Below are positions 1 to 9,013 of a DNA stretch of 64,000 bases, piece after piece. Below the pieces are notes generated by a model. The model did no database searches. It saw nothing but the letters and a program-made list of their open reading frames with translations, and was not told where the DNA came from. Positions within the stretch are counted from its first letter, which is position 1, and the number at the start of each line of letters is the position of its first letter. The position numbers and the translations under genes are program-made. The DNA comes from an uncultured virus (IMG/VR IMGVR_UViG_3300007734_000752) (Duplodnaviria > Heunggongvirae > Uroviricota > Caudoviricetes). The DNA lies in the IMG/VR virus record IMGVR_UViG_3300007734_000752; one strand, given 5' to 3'.

Positions 1-384
1 TCGGTCAGCGCGCCGTTGCCGGAACTCGACGTGGCGCCGCCCGGTGCCAAGAAGGGTTGGGAAACGCAGGTCGGCATGTCCCTCAAGTGCATTACGGGGG
101 AAGATGTCGGCATGGAAGCGCGGTTCACCACCACGTCCGTCGGTGGCAAGCGCGCGGTTCAGGAGCTGGCGGTGGCGATAGCAACGCAGGTGGATAAAGA
201 CCAAGCCGCCCCGGTGCCGGTCGTCACGCTGGGTTCTGAGCATTACCAACACAAGAGCTATGGCAAGATCTACACGCCAGCGTTTGCAGTGTTGCAGTGG
301 GTCAGCCTGACCGCTGACGAGCCAGCGCCGGTAGTGGAGCCAGAGGCGCCAGCCCCTAGCCGCCGTCGTCGGGTAGTAGCGTAA
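1..384 (+). CDS. 5'-truncated conserved phage protein upstream of PolA, possibly ssDNA-binding
   Basis: The frame is open from the window edge. Position matches the SSB-like gene preceding APSE-type polymerases. Confidence 0.5.
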   Translation, partial: SVSAPLPELDVAPPGAKKGWETQVGMSLKCITGEDVGMEARFTTTSVGGKRAVQELAVAIATQVDKDQAAPVPVVTLGSEHYQHKSYGKIYTPAFAVLQWVSLTADEPAPVVEPEAPAPSRRRRVVA

Positions 385-394
385 GGGGCGCAGC

Positions 395-2308
395 GTGATC
401 TGGCTTGATTTTGAGACACGATCACGCTGCGACTTACCTAGTCGTGGCGTTTATAATTACGTGCAGGATGCCAGCACCGAGGTGCTGTGCATGTCCTACG
501 CCGTTGACGATGGCGAGGTGGCTACTTGGTTGCCGGGTATGCCGTTCCCCGACATTGCTGGCCATCAAATCATGGCCCACAACGCCGCTTTCGAGCGGCT
601 TGTCTTTTGGTACGTCCTCTGCCCGGACGTAGGTGTGCCTGAACCGAAGCTGGCGCAGTTCTACTGCACCGCCGCGCAGGCCCGCGCTAACTGCCTGCCC
701 GGCAGTCTGGAGGACGTAGGCCGCGCCGTGTCGAGCAAGATGAAGAAAGACCACCGTGGTTCAGCATTGATACGGCTGCTGTCTGTCCCGCGCAAGGACG
801 GCACCTTCAACGACGACCCGACACTGATGGCCGAATTTTTTGCCTATTGCGAACAGGACGTGCGCGCCATGCGCGAGATCAGTAAGGCCATGCGCCCGCT
901 GTCCGACGACGAACTGGCCGACTACCATGCAAATGAAAAAATTAACGACCGTGGCGTGCTGGTGGACACTGACCTGTGCCGGGCCGCGATAGGCTACGCC
1001 GAGGCCGAGCTAATCGAGATACAAGAGATCGTGCGCGAGGTGTCGAAGGGCGAGCTTGCCAGCGTGCGGTCGCCCCGAATGCGACAGTGGGTGCAGGATA
1101 GGGTAGGCCCCGAGGCCGTGAAGCTGATGTGGACAGGCGAGAAGTACAGCATCGACAAGACCGTGCGCGCCAACCTGCTGACACTTGGCCCCGACGAGGT
1201 GCCCGCTGACGTTGCCGAGGTTATCCAGTGCGCCGATGACCTGTGGGCGTCGAGTGTGGCTAAGTTCAAGCGCCTGGCTGACCTGGCCGACGTGGAGGAC
1301 AACCGGGTGCGCGGCGCGTTCGTGTTCGCTGGTGGCTCGGCTACTGGTAGGGCAGCCAGCTACGGCGCGCAGGTGCATAACTTCACCCGCAAGACCGCCC
1401 GCGACCCCGCCGCCGTGCGGCAGGCGATGGTGCGGGGGCATCAAATTGTGCCATCATATGGCAAGCGCGTCACCGACGTTCTAAAGGGGATGCTACGCCC
1501 CGCGCTTGTCCCGGCGCCGGGTAAGGTGTTCGTCGTGGCGGACTGGTCGAGCATCGAGGGCCGCGTCAATCCGTGGCTGTCCAACTGCCTTGCAGGGGAA
1601 ACCAAGCTCGACGTGTTCCGCTCGGGCCGTGACCCGTACAAGGTCAACGCGATGGCGCTCTTTGGTGTGGCTTACGATGACGTGACGGGCGACCAGCGCC
1701 AGGTCGGCAAGGTGCAGGAACTCGCGCTGGGCTTCCTCGGTGGCGAAGGCTCGTTCGACACCTTTGGCCGTGTCTACGGTGTGCAGGTCGAGAATATCCC
1801 ACGCGCTATACGTGTCTGGCGCACGGCCAACCCTTGGGCGATGCGGCATGGGCAGGCGCTTGAAAACGCCTACACGTTCGCCATGCGAAACGTCGGGCGC
1901 GAGTTCCCCGCGGGCCGAGTAGTCTATATGTTCGACGGTCAGCACCTATGGTATGCGCTACCGTCAGGCCGGGTGCTGTGCTACCCGTTCGCCAAACTCG
2001 ATGGCGATGGAGTATCCTATCTCAAAGCGTCGTGGAAGCCCGCCGCCGATGCGACCGAGTGGCCGCGCGCACGTCTGTGGCGTGGTCTTGCCGTTGAGAA
2101 TGTAACCCAAGCCGTTGCTAATGACATACTGCGCCATGCGCTGCGCCGGCTGGAGGACGTGGTGCTGCACATACATGATGAAATTATAGTTGAGTGCGTG
2201 GACGACCGTGCTGCCGAGGTCGAGCGCGTGATGTGCGAACCGCCCGAGTGGGCTGTTGGGCTGCCGTTGGCAGCAGAGGTAAAGATAATGACGAGGTACG
2301 GAAAATAA
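395..2308 (+). CDS. Family A DNA polymerase (APSE-like)
   Basis: Exo I motif LDFET, HNAAFER, ATGR, motif A DWSSIEGR, motif B RQVGKVQELALGF, motif C HIHDE. Confidence 0.93.
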   Translation: MIWLDFETRSRCDLPSRGVYNYVQDASTEVLCMSYAVDDGEVATWLPGMPFPDIAGHQIMAHNAAFERLVFWYVLCPDVGVPEPKLAQFYCTAAQARANCLPGSLEDVGRAVSSKMKKDHRGSALIRLLSVPRKDGTFNDDPTLMAEFFAYCEQDVRAMREISKAMRPLSDDELADYHANEKINDRGVLVDTDLCRAAIGYAEAELIEIQEIVREVSKGELASVRSPRMRQWVQDRVGPEAVKLMWTGEKYSIDKTVRANLLTLGPDEVPADVAEVIQCADDLWASSVAKFKRLADLADVEDNRVRGAFVFAGGSATGRAASYGAQVHNFTRKTARDPAAVRQAMVRGHQIVPSYGKRVTDVLKGMLRPALVPAPGKVFVVADWSSIEGRVNPWLSNCLAGETKLDVFRSGRDPYKVNAMALFGVAYDDVTGDQRQVGKVQELALGFLGGEGSFDTFGRVYGVQVENIPRAIRVWRTANPWAMRHGQALENAYTFAMRNVGREFPAGRVVYMFDGQHLWYALPSGRVLCYPFAKLDGDGVSYLKASWKPAADATEWPRARLWRGLAVENVTQAVANDILRHALRRLEDVVLHIHDEIIVECVDDRAAEVERVMCEPPEWAVGLPLAAEVKIMTRYGK

Positions 2309-2370
2309 AAACGGCCCACGGTGGAGAAACCGTGAGCCGCCAAAGTCAACCGAAACAGGAGCATCATAGC

Positions 2371-4617
2371 ATGGATTTTATTGAGTTCGTTACAAGCCTT
2401 GCCCCCGAGGGCGAGACTGTTCTTTTTGTACAACAAAAAACAAAAGCGTGGATCCCGCAACTGCCGGGTATGCCCCGCGCCGAGGGCAAGGCGTGGTATG
2501 TCAGCAGCGGTTCGTTCATTCTTGACCGCATGACCGATGGCCTGTCGGCCAGCACCAGCAACTGCACTCACGTCACGTTCATCGCCGTGGACGATGTAGG
2601 CACCAAGAGCAAGGTGCCGCCGCTGCCCCCGACATGGATTATCGAGACATCACCCGGCAACTACCAATGGGCCTGGGTGCTGAGTGAGCAGGTGCCGGTG
2701 GCCGTGGCTGGCGCTGCCGAGCGCGCCTTTGCCGAGGCTGGTTACACCGACGGGGGCGCCATTAACGCGGTTCGCAACTGGCGTATACCCGGTTCGGTCA
2801 ACATCAAGCCGGGCCGCAACCGCTTCGTGTCTGTCCTGACCGAGTTCCACCCCGAGCGCGAGTTCACGCTTGAGCAGATATGCGCCGCCTTGGGCGTGAC
2901 GCCCGCCGAGGCCGACACCGCCACCGCGCGCCGTGTGGCGCTCGACGACGACGGCACCGACGACGTGCTGGCGTGGTTGTCCGAGGCAGGGCACCTGACC
3001 GCGCAGGGCAACGCCGCTGGCTGGTGGGGCGTGGTCTGTCCCAACAGCGAGGCCCACACCACTGGCGAGATTGAAGGCCGCTACATGCCGGTCAACCGCG
3101 CCTACACCTGTCTCCACGCCCACTGCGCCGAGTGGAACAGCGCCCGCTTTCTGGCTTGGGTGGCCGAGCAGGGGGGCCCGGCGCACGCTATGGGCCTGCG
3201 CGAGGAGTTGCTCGCCGCCGTGATGGCCACCACGTTGGCCAAGCTAACGCCGGGCGACATGTTTGGCAAGGATTCCGACGCAACCGCCGCCATTGCCTTA
3301 GTCGAGCGCCGCGAACTGGGCCGGGTCGAGAAGGCCGGGTGGTATGAGCGGTTCGCCTACATCCAAGACGACGAGTCGTACTTCGACCTGACCGACCGCC
3401 GCGAGGTGAGTCGTTCGACGTTTAACGCGCTGTACAGGCATATCAGTTGCAAGTCGATACACAACGAGCGCAAGGTCGAGGCATCGGTTTGCTTCGACGA
3501 GAACAGGCAAGACAAGGGCGCGCCCGCATTGGTCGGCATCACCTACGCCGCCGGCGAGACTGTCCTTTGCCACCGTGACGGTGACGTGTACGGCAACCGA
3601 TGGCGTGACGCCCGCCAGCCCGCCGGGGCCGGTGACGTGGCGCCGTGGCTCGCCCACTGCGCCGCCTTGATACCTATTGAAACCGAGCGCGAGCATATTT
3701 TCGACGTGATGGCGCACAAGTATCAGCACCCGAATACCAAGATCAACCACGCCGTGCTGCACGGCGGTGACGAGGGTTGCGGCAAGGATACCCTGTGGGC
3801 GCCGATGCTGTGGGCCGTTTGTGGGCCGTCGCTCCGCAACCGTGGCATCCTCGACAACGACACCCTTGGCTCGCAGTGGGGCTACCAGCTTGAGGCCGAG
3901 ATTATTATTTTGAACGAACTGAAGGAACCCGACGCCCGCGAGCGCCGGGCCCTGGCCAACAAGTTGAAGCCGATCATCGCCGCGCCGCCCGACATGATAC
4001 CGATCAATCGCAAGGGGCTGCACCCGTATCAGATGGTCAACCGCTGTTTCGTGCTGGCGTTCAGCAACGACCCGGTGCCGATTAGCTTGGCTACGCAAGA
4101 CCGCCGCTGGTTTTGCGTGTGGTCAGCCGCGCCCAGGATGCACCCGCCCACCGCCGCCCGCTTGTGGGCATGGTATCGGGCTGGTGGCTTCGCCGCCGTG
4201 ACGGGCTGGCTCGCCCGCCGGGATGTGACCGCGTTCAACCCCGCAGCCGCGCCCGCCATGACCGAGTTCAAGACCAACCTAATCGAGCATGGGATGAGCA
4301 TGGCCGAGTCGTACCTTGTCGAAATGCTACGCACCCGCCAGGGTGATTTTGCCTTGGGCGTGATCGGCTCGCCGTTCCACCTGCTTTGCGACCGCCTCAC
4401 GGGTAGCGCGCCCGGTGGCGTCCGTGTGCCACAGCAGGCATTGCTACACGCGCTTAAAGAAGCCGGCTGGCAAGACATGGGTCGCCTTGGCGCCGTGGGC
4501 CTGGGCACCAAAAAGCACGTTTTCGCCGCGCCGGACATGATGCACTTAAACAAGTCAGAGCTTAGGCGCATGGTCGAAACCGCGCCGCCGGCAGTGTCCG
4601 TCCGGCTGGTGAAATGA
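2371..4617 (+). CDS. Primase (RepB/AEP-like) fused to a P-loop helicase
   Basis: AGGAG RBS before ATG at 2371; DDVG, IETSPGNYQW and WRIPGSVN primase motifs; Cys/His zinc region; Walker A GDEGCGKDT; Walker B IIILNE. Confidence 0.85.
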   Translation: MDFIEFVTSLAPEGETVLFVQQKTKAWIPQLPGMPRAEGKAWYVSSGSFILDRMTDGLSASTSNCTHVTFIAVDDVGTKSKVPPLPPTWIIETSPGNYQWAWVLSEQVPVAVAGAAERAFAEAGYTDGGAINAVRNWRIPGSVNIKPGRNRFVSVLTEFHPEREFTLEQICAALGVTPAEADTATARRVALDDDGTDDVLAWLSEAGHLTAQGNAAGWWGVVCPNSEAHTTGEIEGRYMPVNRAYTCLHAHCAEWNSARFLAWVAEQGGPAHAMGLREELLAAVMATTLAKLTPGDMFGKDSDATAAIALVERRELGRVEKAGWYERFAYIQDDESYFDLTDRREVSRSTFNALYRHISCKSIHNERKVEASVCFDENRQDKGAPALVGITYAAGETVLCHRDGDVYGNRWRDARQPAGAGDVAPWLAHCAALIPIETEREHIFDVMAHKYQHPNTKINHAVLHGGDEGCGKDTLWAPMLWAVCGPSLRNRGILDNDTLGSQWGYQLEAEIIILNELKEPDARERRALANKLKPIIAAPPDMIPINRKGLHPYQMVNRCFVLAFSNDPVPISLATQDRRWFCVWSAAPRMHPPTAARLWAWYRAGGFAAVTGWLARRDVTAFNPAAAPAMTEFKTNLIEHGMSMAESYLVEMLRTRQGDFALGVIGSPFHLLCDRLTGSAPGGVRVPQQALLHALKEAGWQDMGRLGAVGLGTKKHVFAAPDMMHLNKSELRRMVETAPPAVSVRLVK

Positions 4618-4618
4618 G

Positions 4619-4643
4619 AAACGGCCCTTTCGGGCCGTTTTTT
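4619..4643. terminator. Intrinsic terminator between convergent genes
   Basis: AAACGGCCC-TTTC-GGGCCGTTT-TTT. Confidence 0.8.
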
Positions 4644-4697
4644 ACAAGTCGAACAGGATAGCGAGCAGGATTAGAATCAGGAACACGCCGAGCGCGA

Positions 4698-5282
4698 TCA
4701 TTCGCGCGCCCAGGCGCAATCAGCCACGGCTAAGGCGCTCGAACGCATCGGCATGACCACGCCCACCACGTCCGCAGTCAGATAGACCAGGCCGCTACCG
4801 TCGCCGCCAGGGAGCAGGTCGAACAGCCCCTTTTCGGAACCTAAGTCCTCCGCCGCCCGCTTGAACCGCACCAGCAAGTCAGGATCGAAGAACGACGGCT
4901 TGCCGTCCGGCGCCGCCGGTATCACTTTGCGATACATGGGGAACGTGCCCGCCACCGGCACGAACACCAGCGCCTCGCCGGTGGCGCGCGTCAGCCGGCA
5001 CTCACGCTCGCCGGGTATCAGGATAATCGGCAGGTTTTTGTTGCCCTTCCAGGCCAGCGCCGCCTTGACCACGTCCACCGGGATAATGCCCGTCCAGGTG
5101 TCCGTGTCCGGCTCGCCCGCCGCCCGCACCACCAGCAGCGCGTGGCCATCTGTGGCAACCAGGCGCACGCCCGCCGGCGACGCCTCGACCAGTACGCCGT
5201 GCAGCGTGAGCCGCTGGTCTTTCGGATCTGTGGCCGCGAACCGCGCCGCCGCCTTCAATTTGTTGCGGTCGAGCAGGATCAT
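4698..5282 (-). CDS. DNA polymerase III beta-clamp-like protein (partial clamp)
   Basis: LHGVLVE...LVATDGHAL...FPMYRKVIP resemble DnaN middle-domain motifs. Confidence 0.7.
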   Translation of the reverse strand: MILLDRNKLKAAARFAATDPKDQRLTLHGVLVEASPAGVRLVATDGHALLVVRAAGEPDTDTWTGIIPVDVVKAALAWKGNKNLPIILIPGERECRLTRATGEALVFVPVAGTFPMYRKVIPAAPDGKPSFFDPDLLVRFKRAAEDLGSEKGLFDLLPGGDGSGLVYLTADVVGVVMPMRSSALAVADCAWARE

Positions 5283-5617
5283 GGTTGCACCTGCTTAATC
5301 GTGGCGTTGAACTTCTCACTGCCGATACGCTCACATAGCGCCTCGAGCTGGGCCATCGCCGCCGCCCGCGCCTGCTTGCTGTTTAGGCCCTTGCTGGAGC
5401 AAGGTAACCCCTTGACCGTGCCCGTAACCCGGCACACCTTTGCGCCGATTACCGGGTGAGATACCGCCCACTCACGATACGCCGCCGGCGCCGCGCCCGC
5501 CTCACGGTGCAGGGTGAGCCGGTGCGTGGTGGCGCCGCAAATAAAAATAATGGGCGTATAGGGTACTGGCGAGCCGAAAGGCTGCCCCTTGCTGTCGTGC
5601 ATTGTGTACGTGTGCAT
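5279..5617 (-). CDS. Hypothetical early protein
   Basis: GAGG RBS, coupled to the next gene. Confidence 0.6.
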   Translation of the reverse strand: MHTYTMHDSKGQPFGSPVPYTPIIFICGATTHRLTLHREAGAAPAAYREWAVSHPVIGAKVCRVTGTVKGLPCSSKGLNSKQARAAAMAQLEALCERIGSEKFNATIKQVQP

Positions 5618-5699
5618 AGTGTAGTGTCCTCTAGTTTATTAATGACAGGCAAGCGCCCGCCCGGTGGCGCCCGGGTTACCAGGCGCCGCCAGCCGGGTA

Positions 5700-5906
5700 C
5701 TAATCTTCGAGCGCCGCTGTGGCGCGCTCGTGCCAGCTCACGTGCGTGTCGGTTTTATCCTGGTCAATCAAATCAACCGCATCGCGTATGATATTGCGTA
5801 ACTCGCAAGCCTGATTTTCCAGATCGATCACTTGCGCCAGCGCCGCCGCCAGGGCGGTATTGCCGCTGGCGTACGCCGCGCGTTCCTGTTCTTCGACTGT
5901 TAACAT
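5700..5906 (-). CDS. Hypothetical early protein
   Basis: ORF in the leftward operon. Confidence 0.55.
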   Translation of the reverse strand: MLTVEEQERAAYASGNTALAAALAQVIDLENQACELRNIIRDAVDLIDQDKTDTHVSWHERATAALED

Positions 5907-5908
5907 GA

Positions 5909-6025
5909 CTATTCCCCCAGCAATAGTTTTTTGAGCGCGCTAACAGTGCGCCCACTGCGCGCGGCTAACTCCGCCAGCGTAATATTGGTGCTATCGAATA
6001 ACGCAATTATTTCCTGATCGGTCAT
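5909..6025 (-). CDS. 38-aa HTH-like small protein (not in ORF track)
   Basis: Hand translation MTDQEIIALFDSTNITLAELAARSGRTVSALKKLLLGE; AAGGGG RBS. Confidence 0.45.
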   Translation of the reverse strand: MTDQEIIALFDSTNITLAELAARSGRTVSALKKLLLGE

Positions 6026-6114
6026 AATGTGAACCCCTTAAATTGATATTAACAGTGCTGCGATAATGAGCGCGCCGCATAGCGCGCCCATGGCCAGCCA
6101 TGCGATGGTATCGT

Positions 6115-6381
6115 TCATTCGCAGGCAACCAGGTAGGCGCTCATGCGGTTATACAAGTCGCGCTTTGTAACGTGGCCGCAACTAAACACGTCGCGCACGC
6201 CGCCGCTCTCGTTCATGGTTTGGTGTAAGCACACGCCGCCGTACGCGCCGCTCAAGTGATAATTGCCTTTTTGCCCTATCAGTTTATCGTTGACGTTCTC
6301 GTAGGGCTTTGCCGGTGTTTTTTTCGCGTTATTGATGCGCGCGCACATGAATTCCAATTGTTTTTGTGTTGTCCGTTCCAT
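6115..6381 (-). CDS. Hypothetical early protein
   Basis: GAGG RBS, operon position. Confidence 0.6.
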   Translation of the reverse strand: MERTTQKQLEFMCARINNAKKTPAKPYENVNDKLIGQKGNYHLSGAYGGVCLHQTMNESGGVRDVFSCGHVTKRDLYNRMSAYLVACE

Positions 6382-6453
6382 TTTATTGTCCTCTAATGTA
6401 GGTTATAGGCCAGTGTTGACCCGATAGCACACTGTCGCCAGTGTGCTATCAGA

Positions 6454-6939
6454 CTACGCTGCGACCGCTACCGGATTAGCCCAATCGGCTACCGTTTGCT
6501 CGGCAGCGTCACCGTACCACACAATATCGCCACCAGTGGCGCCAATGTAGCGACCTTTCGCATTACGGAAAAACACAGTTTTAGCGCCTAATGCTTTAGC
6601 TACTCTGTTAAGCCATTGGCCGTATGATTTTGTTTCGCCGTCCAGGCTTTGGATTTTAGCGAGCTTGCGATCAATAGGCGCAAGTGTCGCCAGCGCTTTT
6701 TTGGCCAGTGCTAAATCAATGCGATCATGGCATTCGATTGTCACTGCCATGCCGTACATGCCAGACCAGTGATAGCCGCGATTCGCTTGCGAGTGTAGGC
6801 GCACGTCGTGGAGCGGGTGATCGTAGCGGTCAACGGGTTCAGGTTGGCCGCTGGCGTTTAGCTCAGGCTTGCAAGCGTATGCCTTGATGTGGGCAAAATC
6901 ACCGTCGAATTCAGTATAGATACAGAGTGCGGTTTCCAT
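6454..6939 (-). CDS. Hypothetical early protein
   Basis: AGGAG RBS, operon position. Confidence 0.6.
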   Translation of the reverse strand: METALCIYTEFDGDFAHIKAYACKPELNASGQPEPVDRYDHPLHDVRLHSQANRGYHWSGMYGMAVTIECHDRIDLALAKKALATLAPIDRKLAKIQSLDGETKSYGQWLNRVAKALGAKTVFFRNAKGRYIGATGGDIVWYGDAAEQTVADWANPVAVAA

Positions 6940-6994
6940 AATTTACTCTCCTGAAGTGTATAAACATGCGCGCGGCTGCGTGCATGGGTGCTGC

Positions 6995-7288
6995 TTAGTC
7001 TTTTGAAACGATCGCGTCGCGCAGCTCGCGGACGATGGCGCTAAAAATATAAGCGCCAGTATAGTTGCCGTAATCGTAATTGTGTTGAGTTTGTTGGCGC
7101 AAATCGCGTACGCGCGCGCCGGGGGTTAACGCAATAAAACCATCAATTCCACGATCATAATCAACAAACACAATGCCGTAGCGCCTTTTTTCGTATTCAT
7201 CCATTGCGTCAACAATGGTGGCCGATATGCGCTGGCCGTGCTCAGTGTAGTGCGCGCCAGTATTCCAAACTGCTATTTTCTCGCTCAT
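6995..7288 (-). CDS. Hypothetical first early protein (likely start MSEKIAV)
   Basis: AGGAG RBS upstream of the ATG at 7288. Confidence 0.6.
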   Translation of the reverse strand: MSEKIAVWNTGAHYTEHGQRISATIVDAMDEYEKRRYGIVFVDYDRGIDGFIALTPGARVRDLRQQTQHNYDYGNYTGAYIFSAIVRELRDAIVSKD

Positions 7289-7331
7289 GCTGTCTCTCCT
7301 GGTGGGTTGTGTTTCGCTTTGCTGCGCGCCC

Positions 7332-7359
7332 ACTATATCACGGATTTTCGAAAATGCAA
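7332..7359 (-). promoter_or_regulatory. Sigma70-type early promoter
   Basis: Minus strand TTGCAT-16 nt-TATAGT with extended -10 TG. The palindrome ATTTTCGAAAAT (7344-7355) overlaps the spacer and -35. Confidence 0.6.
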
Positions 7360-7586
7360 GTCTTTTCTTTACGCATGGCAATATTACCCACGATTGGCAA
7401 TTTGACATTTGCGCATCGTCATAAGGGAAACATGGCAAATTGGCTATATTGTCATTCTAGTAATCACTTCAAAATTGTAGATGTTGTATAGTCCACACTG
7501 TAGTTGTGGGGCGGCTGCGACTTTCCGGCGGTGACAATACCGCCTAGAATGCCCATGTCGACCATGTCGACGTCGACCAGGCGCGC

Positions 7587-7869
7587 GTTAGTTAGTGCCC
7601 ACTACCGCCAGCTGCAAAGTAAGCGCCCACTAACTGGACTGGTAGTTAGTGCTTACTAGCTTGTAAGTTAATGCTCACTAACCTGGAAGTAAGTGCTTGC
7701 TAATGCTGCAATGCAGCATAAGTAAGCGCTCACTAACTTGTGTGTAAGCGCCCACTAACTTTGAAGTAAGCGCCCACTAACATAGATGTGAGTGCTTACT
7801 AGCTTGTAAGTTAGCGCTTACTAACTTGGAGGTGAGTGCTTACTAGCTTGGAAGTGAGTGCCCACTAAC
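7587..7869. repeat. Tandem array of 12 quasi-palindromic sites, mostly 22-bp period, resembling SlmA-binding sites
   Basis: Cores (e.g. GTAAGCGCTCAC, GTGAGTGCTTAC) start at 7591, 7619, 7645, 7667, 7689, 7722, 7744, 7766, 7788, 7810, 7832, 7854. Confidence 0.9.
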
Positions 7870-8034
7870 ATGGGGGGCGCCAGGGCCTTGCGCTGGCCGT
7901 GTCGGCCACGGCATCGTTTGTAAACAATTTTTATTTTTAAAAGTATCTTGCAAGCACTTAGCTTGCGCCCGTACATCTGATAGGTCAAATAGGCCAAATG
8001 GACAACACGTTTAAGTCCGTGGTATAACGCAGCC

Positions 8035-8529
8035 ATGTTCCAGTCACTCCCACTGGCTATACGACCTAGAGTTCAGGCGACAGAGGCGCGTCTGGATGCT
8101 ATATACAAAGCTGCATCTATGGGGTTAAAAGGAGATTCACTGGCACTGGCGTCAGGGATGCTGCCTTTAGAGTACCGGCAATTGTGCCAATTTGACCCAT
8201 TGGCCGAACTAGCGGCGCAGAAGGGCAAAGCGGACAACGAACTGCGCGCAGCGCAACGCTTGAACGAGGCGTCAGATCAGGGCGACGCCAAGGCCAGCCT
8301 GGCGATACTTACCCACGTTCACGGTTGGCAACAAACATCCAACGTCAACATAAATGTCGAGCAGCGGATTAGTATCATATCCGCGCTAGAAGAAGCCAAG
8401 TCAAGGGTGATCGAAGGTAGTGCTACAATAGACGAAACCCCCGAACGCATCAACGGTCGAGGGTTTCTAACCAATAACGATGAGGACACATCGCATGGCT
8501 ACCAACATTCTAACGCAAGCGCGGCTTAA
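8035..8529 (+). CDS. Terminase small subunit (putative)
   Basis: Position upstream of terL; HTH-like N-terminus; GDAKASLAIL..HGW helical pattern. Confidence 0.7.
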   Translation: MFQSLPLAIRPRVQATEARLDAIYKAASMGLKGDSLALASGMLPLEYRQLCQFDPLAELAAQKGKADNELRAAQRLNEASDQGDAKASLAILTHVHGWQQTSNVNINVEQRISIISALEEAKSRVIEGSATIDETPERINGRGFLTNNDEDTSHGYQHSNASAA

Positions 8530-9013
8530 AGAACTCTTGCGCTACGACCCGGCAACGGGGCTATTTACGTAATTGCAAAACAAAGGCACACAGCGCAAAA
8601 ACGCTATTGCCGGTTCGCGGCACACTACCGGTTACATCAATATTAGTATTGACAGCAAACTACACCGAGCGCATCGGCTTGTGTGGCTGTATGAGTATGG
8701 TTGTTTTCCCGACGGAGAGATTGACCACATAAACCGCGTTCCGTTTGACAACCGACGCGTTAATATACGAGTAGTGACGCGCAACCAAAACACGCAAAAT
8801 AGCGGCTTAGGGCGTAATAACACCTCGGGCCACCGAGGTATTGGCTGGAATAAACAGCAACAAAAATGGCGGGCACGAATAGGTATTGACGGAAAAAACA
8901 CCTATTTAGGGCGGTTTGATACGTTTGAAGATGCTGTGTCTGCGTATACTGACGCTGCAAGTATTTACCACGCATATAGGCTGCAATGCAAAAGCCAATC
9001 TACTCCACAATAG
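8495..9013 (+). pseudogene. HNH/AP2 homing endonuclease with an in-frame TAA at 8570-8572
   Basis: MATNILTQARLKELLRYDPATGLFT*LQNKG... continues in frame into AHRLVW, IDHINRVPFDNRRVN, NTSGHRGI and KWRARI..YLGRF. Confidence 0.8.

Noticed and set aside
7587..7869. CRISPR array
   Set aside because: Units are about 22 bp with only 6-bp linkers and degenerate repeats. There are no unique spacers and no cas genes.
8570..8572. Stop-codon reassignment in this phage
   Set aside because: It is a single in-frame TAA in a dispensable HNH gene. TAA, TAG and TGA all end normal genes elsewhere, and core genes are uninterrupted.
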